Below are positions 56,601-64,000 of a stretch of DNA of 64,000 nucleotides, in pieces. The notes below the pieces were generated by a model. It made no database searches, was not told the DNA's origin, and saw nothing but the letters and a program-made list of their open reading frames with translations. The stretch lies in NCBI RefSeq assembly GCF_964204645.1, contig NC_134031.1:21360017-21424016 (forward strand), written 5' to 3'. Numbering within the stretch: position 1 is the first letter of the stretch; each line of letters begins with the position of its first letter. The position numbers were made by a program, and so were the translations under genes. Source of the stretch: Tubulanus polymorphus. Lineage: Eukaryota > Animalia > Nemertea.

Positions 56601-59600
56601 GATGATGGACTCGATCTGAAATGATAGGTTAAGGTAAACTGAACTGATTTCGAGTAGATGGACTGAAAGATACAGATTTTTCTTGCAAAATAGGGTCCTA
56701 AAGATGATGAATTCTATCTTAATTGATGGGTTAGGGTGAACTGAACTGATTTCAAATAGATAGGTGGAAAGAATCAGAATTTTCTGGCTGCTTTTGGTTC
56801 TGAAGATGATGGATTCAATCTGAAAAGATAGGCTAAGGCGTATTGAACTGATTTCAAATACATAGGTGGAAAGATTAAGAATTTTCTGGCTATTTATGCT
56901 CCTGAAGATGATGGACTCGATCTGAAATGATAGGTTAAGGTAAACTGAACTGATTTCGAGTAGATGGACTGAAAGATACAGATTTTTCTTGCAAAATAGG
57001 GTCCTAAAGATGATGAATTCTATCTTAATTGATGGGTTAGGGTGTACTGAACTGATTTCAAATAGATAGGTTGAAAGAATCAGAATTTTCTTGCTGCTTT
57101 TGGTTCTGAAGATGATGGATTCAATCTGAAAAGATGTGTTAAGGCGTATTGAAACTGATTTCAAATAGATAGGTGGAAAGATTAAGAATTTTCTGGCTAT
57201 TTATGCTCCTGAAGATGATGGACTCCATCTGAAATGATAGGTTAAGGTAAACTGAACTTATTTCGAGCAGATGGACTGAAAGATACAGATTTTTCTTGCA
57301 AAATAGGGTCCTAAAGATGATGAGTTCTATCTTAATTGATGGGTTAGGGTGTACTGAACTGATTTCAAATAGATAGGTGGAAAGAATCAGAATTTTCTGG
57401 CTGCTTTTGGTTCTGAAGATGATGGATTCAATCTGAAAAGATGTGTTAAGGCGTATTGAACTGATTTCAAATAGATAGGTGGAAAGATTAAGAATTTTCT
57501 GGCTATTTATGCTCCTGAAGATGATGGACTCGATCTGAAATGATAGGTTAAGGTAAACTGAACTGATTTCGAGTAGATGGACTGAAAGATACAGATTTTT
57601 CTTGCAAAATAGGGTCCTAAAGATGATGAATTCTATCTTAATTGATGGGTTAGGGTGAACTGAACTGATTTCAAATAGATGGGTGGAAAGAATCAGAATT
57701 TTCTGGCTGCCTTTGGTTCTGAAGATGATGGACTCAATCTGAAAAGATAGGCTAAGGCGTATTGAACTGATTTAAAATAGATAGGTGGAACGATTAAGAA
57801 TTTTCTGGCTATTTATGCTCCTGAAGATGATGGACTCGATCTGAAATGATAGGTTAAGGTAGACTGAACTGATTTCGAGTAGATGGACTGAAAGATACAG
57901 ATTTTTCTTGCAAAATAGGGTCCTAAAGATGATGAGTTCTATCTTAATTGATGGGTTAGGGTGTACTGAACTGATTTCAAATAGATAGGTTGAAAGAATC
58001 AGAATTTTCTGGCTGCTTTTGGTTCTGAAGATGATGGATTCAATCTGAAAAGATGGGTTAAGGCGTATTGAACTGATGTCAAATAGATAGGTGGAAAGAT
58101 TAAGAATTTTCTGGCTATTTATGCTCCTGAAGATGATGGACTCGATCTGAAATGATAGGTTAAGGTAGACTGAACTGATTTCGAGTAGATGGACCGAAAG
58201 ATACAGATTTTTCTTGCAAAAAAGGGTCCTAAAGATGATGAGTTCTATCTTAATTGATGGGTTAGGGTGTACTGAACTGATTTCAAATAGATAGGTGGAA
58301 AGATTAAGAATTTTCGGGCTATTTATGCTCCTGAAGATGATGGACTCGATCTGAAATGATAGGTTAAGGTAAACTGAACTGATTTCGAATAGATGGACTG
58401 AAAGATACAGATTTTTCTTGCAAAATAGGGTCCTAAAGATGATGAATTCTATCTTAATTGATGGGTTAGGGTGTACTGAACTGATTTCAAATAGATAGGT
58501 TGAAAGAATCAGAATTTTCTGGCTGCTTTTGGTTCTGAAGATGATGGATTCAATCTGAAAAGATGGGTTAAGGCGTATTGAACTGATTTCAAATGGATAG
58601 GTGGAAAGATTAAGAATTTTCTGGCTATTTATGCTCCTGAAGATGATGGACTCGATCTGAAATGATAGGTTAAGGTAAACTGAACTGATTTCGAGTAGAT
58701 GGACTGAAAGATACAGATTTTTCTTGCAAAATAGGGTCCTAAAGATGATGAATTCTATCTTAATTGATGGGTTAGGGTGAACTGAACTGATTTCAAATAG
58801 ATAGGTGGAAAGAATCAGAATTTTCTGGCTGCCTTTGGTTCTGAAGATGATGGACTCAATCTGAAAAGATAGGCTAAGGCGTATTGAACTGATTTCAAAT
58901 ACATAGGTGGAAAGATTAAGAATTTTCTGGCTATTTATGCTCCTGAAGATGATGGACTCGATCTGAAATGATAGGTTAAGGTAAACTGAACTGATTTCGA
59001 GTAGATGGACTGAAAGATACAGATTTTTCTTGCAAAATAGGGTCCTAAAGATGATGAATTCTATCTTAATTGATGGGTTAGGGTGTACTGAACTGATTTC
59101 AAATAGATAGGTTGAAAGAATCAGAATTTTCTTGCTGCTTTTGGTTCTGAAGATGATGGATTCAATCTGAAAAGATGTGTTAAGGCGTATTGAAACTGAT
59201 TTCAAATAGATAGGTGGAAAGATTAAGAATTTTCTGGCTATTTATGCTCCTGAAGATGATGGACTCGATCTGAAATGATAGGTTAAGGTAAACTGAACTG
59301 ATTTCGAGTAGATGGACTGAAAGATACAGATTTTTCTTGCAAAATAGGGTCCTAAAGACGATGAATTCTATCTTAATTGATGGGTTAGGGTGAACTGAAC
59401 TGATTTCAAATAGATGGGTGGAAAGAATCAGAATTTTCTGGCTGCCTTTGGTTCTGAAGATGATGGACTCAATCTGAAAAGATAGGCTAAGGCGTATTGA
59501 ACTGATTTAAAATAGATAGGTGGAACGATTAAGAATTTTCTGGCTATTTATGCTCCTGAAGATGATGGACTCGATCTGAAATGATAGGTTAAGGTAGACT

Positions 59601-62600
59601 GAACTGATTTCGAGTAGATGGACTGAAAGATACAGATTTTTCTTGCAAAATAGGGTCCTAAAGATGATGAGTTCTATCTTAATTGATGGGTTAGGGTGTA
59701 CTGAACTGATTTCAAATAGATAGGTTGAAAGAATCAGAATTTTCTGGCTGCTTTTGGTTCTGAAGATGATGGATTCAATCTGACAAGATGGGTTAAGGCG
59801 TATTGAACTGATGTCAAATAGATAGGTGGAAAGATTAAGAATTTTCTGGCTATTTATGCTCCTGAAGATGATGGACTCGATCTGAAATGATAGGTTAAGG
59901 TAGACTGAACTGATTTCGAGTAGATGGACTGAAAGATACAGATTTTTCTTGCAAAATAGGGTCCTAAAGATGATGAATTCTATCTTAATTGATGGGTTAG
60001 GGTGTACTGAACTGATTTCAAATAGATAGGTTGAAAGAATCAGAATTTTCTGGCTGCTTTTGGTTCTGAAGATGATGGATTCAATCTGAAAAGATGTGTT
60101 AAGGCGTATTGAACTGATTTCAAATAGATAGGTGGAAAGATTAAGAATTTTCTGGCTATTTATGCTCCTGAAGATGATGGACTCGATCTGAAATGATAGG
60201 TTAAGGTAAACTGAACTGATTTCGAGCAGATGGACTGAAAGATACAGATTTTTCTTGCAAAATAGGGTCCTAAAGATGATGAGTTCTATCTTAATTGATG
60301 GGTTAGGGTGTACTGAACTGATTTCAAATAGATAGGTTGAAAGAATCAGAATTTTCTGGCTGCTTTTGGTTCTGAAGATGATGGATTCAATCTGAAAAGA
60401 TGTGTTAAGGCGTATTGAACTGATTTCAAATAGATAGGTGGAAAGATTAAGAATTTTCTGGCTATTTATGCTCCTGAAGATGATGGACTCGATCTGAAAT
60501 GATAGGTTAAGGTAAACTGAACTGATTTCGAGTAGATGGACTGAAAGATACAGATTTTTCTTGCAAAATAGGGTCCTAAAGATGATGAATTCTATCTTAC
60601 TTGATGGGTTAGGGTGAACTGAACTGATTTCAAATAGATAGGTGGAAAGAATCAGAATTTTCTGGCTGCTTTTGGTTCTGAAGATGATGGATTCAATCTG
60701 AAAAGATGGGTTAAGGCGTATTGAACTGATTTCAAATGGATAGTTGGAAAGATTAAGAATTTTCTGGCTATTTATGCTCCTGAAGATGATGGACTCGATC
60801 TGAAAAGATAGGTTAAGGTAAACTGAACTGATTTCGAGTAGATGGACTGAAAGATACAGATTTTTCTTGCAAAATAGGGTCCTAAAGATGATGAATTCTA
60901 TCTTAATTGATGGGTTAGGGTGTACTGAACTGATTTCAAATAGATAGGTTGAAAGAATCAGAATTTTCTGGCTGCTTTTGGTTCTGAAGATGATGGATTC
61001 AATCTGAAAAGATGTGTTAAGGCGTATTGAACTGATTTCAAATAGATTGGTGGAAAGATTAAGAATTTTCTGGCTATTTATGCTCCTGAAGATGATGGAC
61101 TCGATCTGAAATGATAGGTTAAGGTAAACTGAACTGATTTCGAGTAGATGGACTGAAAGATACAGATTTTTCTTGCAAAATAGGGTCCTAAAGATGATGA
61201 ATTCTATCTTAATTGATGGGTTAGGGTGTACTGAACTGATTTCAAATAGATGGGTGGAAAGAATCAGAATTTTCTGGCTGCCTTTGGTTCTGAAGATGAT
61301 GGACTCAATCTGAAAAGATAGGCTAAGGTGTATTGAACTGATTTCAAATAGATAGGTGGAAAGATTAAGAATTTTCTGGCTATTTATGCTCCTGAAGATG
61401 ATGGACTCGATCTGAAATGATAGGTTAAGGTAGACTGAACTGATTTCGAGTAGATGGACTGAAAGATACAGATTTTTCTTGCAAAATAGGGTCCTAAAGA
61501 TGATGAATTCTATCTTAATTGATGGGTTAGGGTGTACTGAACTGATTTCAAATAGATAGGTTGAAAGATTAAGAACTTTCTGGCTGCTTTTGGTTCTGCA
61601 GATGATGGATTCAATCTGAAAAGATGGGTTTAGGCGTATTGAACTGATTTCAAATGGATAGGTGGAAAGATTAAGAATTTTCTGGCTATTTATGCTCCTG
61701 AAGATGATGGACTCGATCTGAAATGATAGGTTAAGGTAAACTGAACTGATTTCGAGTAGATGGACTGAAAGATACAGATTTTTCTTGCAAAATAGGGTCC
61801 TAAAGATGATGAATTCTATCTTAATTGATGGGTTAGGGTGTACTGAACTGATTTCAAATAGATAGGTTGAAAGAATCAGAATTTTCTGGCTGCCTTTGGT
61901 TCTGAAGATGATGGACTCAATCTGAAACGATGGGTTAAGGCGTATTGAACTGATTTCAAATAGATAGGTGGAAAGATTAAGAATTTTCTGGCTATTTATG
62001 CTCCTGAAGATGATGGACTCGATCTGAAATGATAGGTTAAGGTAAACTGAACTGATTTCGAGTAGATGGACTGAAAGATACAGATTTTTCTTGCAAAATA
62101 GGGTCCTAAAGATGATGAATTCTATCTTAATTGATGGGTTAGGGTGAACTGAACTGATTTCAAATAGATGGGTGGAAAGAATCAGAATTTTCTGGCTGCC
62201 TTTGGTTCTGAAGATGATGGACTCAATCTGAAAAGATAGGCTAAGGCGTATTGAACTGATTTAAAATAGATAGGTGGAACGATTAAGAATTTTCTGGCTA
62301 TTTATGCTCCTGAAGATGATGGACTCGATCTGAAATGATAGGTTAAGGTAGACTGAACTGATTTCGAGTAGATGGACTGAAAGATACAGATTTTTCTTGC
62401 AAAATAGGGTCCTAAAGATGATGAGTTCTATCTTAATTGATGGGTTAGGGTGTACTGAACTGATTTCAAATAGATAGGTTGAAAGAATCAGAATTTTCTG
62501 GCTGCTTTTGGTTCTGAAGATGATGGATTCAATCTGAAAAGATGGGTTAAGGCGTATTGAACTGATGTCAAATAGATAGGTGGAAAGATTAAGAATTTTC

Positions 62601-64000
62601 TGGCTATTTATGCTCCTGAAGATGATGGACTCGATCTGAAATGATAGGATAAGGTAGACTGAACTGATTTCGAGTAGATGGACTGAAAGATACAGATTTT
62701 TCTTGCAAAATAGGGTCCTAAAGATGATAAATTCTATCTTAATTGATGGGTTAGGGTGTACTAAACTGATTTCAAATAGATAGGTTGAAAGATTAAGAAC
62801 TTTCTGGCTGCTTTTGGTTCTGAAGATGATTGATTCAATCTGAAAAGATGGGTTAAGGAGTATTGAACTGATTTCAAATGGATAGGTGGAAAGATTAAGA
62901 ATTTTCTGGCTATTTATGCTCCTGAAGATGATGGACTCGATCTGAAATGATAGGTTAAGGTAAACTGAACTCATTTCGAGTAGATGGACTGAAAGATACA
63001 GATTTTTCTTGCAAAATAGGGTCCTAAAGATGATGAATTCTATCTTAATTGATGGGTTAGGGTGTACTGAACTGATTTCAAATAGATAGGTTGAAAGATT
63101 AAGAATTTTCTGGCTGCTTTTGGTTCTGAAGATGATGGATTCAATCTGAAAAGATGTGTTAAGGCGTATTGAACTGATTTCAAATAGATAGGTGAAAAGA
63201 TTAAGAATTTTCTGGCTATTTATGCTCCTGAAGATGATGGACTCGATCTGAAATGATAGGTTAAGGTAAACTGAACTGATTTCGAGCAGATGGACTGAAA
63301 GATACAGATTTTTCTTGCAAAATAGGGTCCTAAAGATGATGAGTTCTATCTAAATTGATGGGTTAGGGTGTACTGAACTGATTTCAAATAGATAGGTTGA
63401 ATGAATCAGAATTTTCTGGCTGCTTTTGGTTCTGAAGATGATGGATTCATTCTGAAAAGATGTGTTAAGGCGTATTGAACTGATTTCAAATAGATAGGTG
63501 GAAAGATTAAGAATTTCCTGGCTATTTATGCTCCTGAAGATGATGGACTCGATCTGAAATGATAGGTTAAGGTAGACTGAACTGATTTCGAGTAGATGGA
63601 CTGAAAGATACAGATTTTTCTTGCAAAATAGGGTCCTAAAGATGATGAGTTCTATCTTAATTGATGGGTTAGGGTGTACTGAACTGATTTCAAATAGATA
63701 GGTTGAATGAATCAGAATTTTCTGGCTGCTTTTGGTTCTGAAGATGATGGATTCAATCTGAAAAGATGGGTTAAGGCGTATTGAACTGATGTCAAATAGA
63801 TAGGTGGAAAGATTAAGAATTTTCTGGCTACTTATGCTCCTGAAGATGATGGACTCGATCTGAAATGATAGGTTAAGGTAGACTGAACTGATTTCGAGTA
63901 GATGGACTGAAAGATACAGATTTTTCTTGCAAAATAGGGTCCTAAAGATGATGAGTTCTATCTTAATTGATGGGTTAGGGTGTACTGAACTGATTTCAAA
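50700..64000. repeat. Duplications with offsets 11326 bp and 2960 bp
   Basis: Near-identical 237-aa ORFs at 50935/62261 and TATCTAAATT at 52021/63347 (offset 11326). Identical 477-aa ORFs at 54812/57772 and GACTCCATCT at 54261/57221 (offset 2960). Confidence 0.85.

Larger units (their letters stand above)
1..64000. repeat. Satellite-like tandem array: 102-bp monomers (types A, B, C) arranged mainly as a 306-bp A-B-C higher-order repeat, running off both window ends
   Basis: GATGATG monomer starts recur at 1+102n up to 37129 (e.g. 1021, 2041, 30601, 36721). Nearly every monomer has the core TGAACTGATTTC. Orientation is uniform, with no unique sequence and only 8 small indels seen in 64 kb. 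Confidence 0.98.

Noticed and set aside
50935-62974. 237-726 aa ORFs as CDS
   Set aside because: Their starts come from an I>M SNP or from alternative starts created by the +1 insertion, and their ends from sporadic stops or frameshifts. They are arbitrary slices of the same repeat frame.
1-64000. CRISPR array or variable-cassette system with TGAACTGATTTC as the repeat
   Set aside because: The intervening sequences are homologous and recur hundreds of times, so there are no unique spacers, and there is no leader, cas, RT or recombinase gene.
1-64000. Transposon insertion, inversion or array boundary
   Set aside because: No foreign sequence, terminal repeats, target-site duplication or strand switch was seen, and the monomer phase is accounted for across the window.

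Overview
The whole 64-kb window is one head-to-tail, single-orientation tandem array with no unique sequence. The first monomer is about 33% GC, and the + strand has G well above C. The basic unit is a 102-bp monomer in three types: A (e.g. 1-102), B (103-204) and C (205-306). By hand count they are about 74-83% identical with no indels between types, and they are usually ordered A-B-C as a 306-bp higher-order repeat. A 204-bp variant (B plus a C-head/A-tail hybrid) is common in the first ~31 kb and rare afterwards. Shared rare SNPs reveal nested duplications with offsets of 1224, 2960, 3366, 3672, 5202, 5304, 6317, 9990 and 11326 bp, and three regional haplotype layers. The best reading is a eukaryotic satellite array, possibly centromeric, pericentromeric or subtelomeric; the organism cannot be identified. 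All listed ORFs are fragments of one minus-strand frame of the repeat that has no stop in the consensus (34-aa period). In two other frames, many stops align with Gln or Arg codons in sister copies. This raises a possible coding origin or recoding, but the lack of codon-position bias and a propagated +1 frameshift argue against a live gene. No recognisable gene, RNA gene, transposon or CRISPR array is supported.
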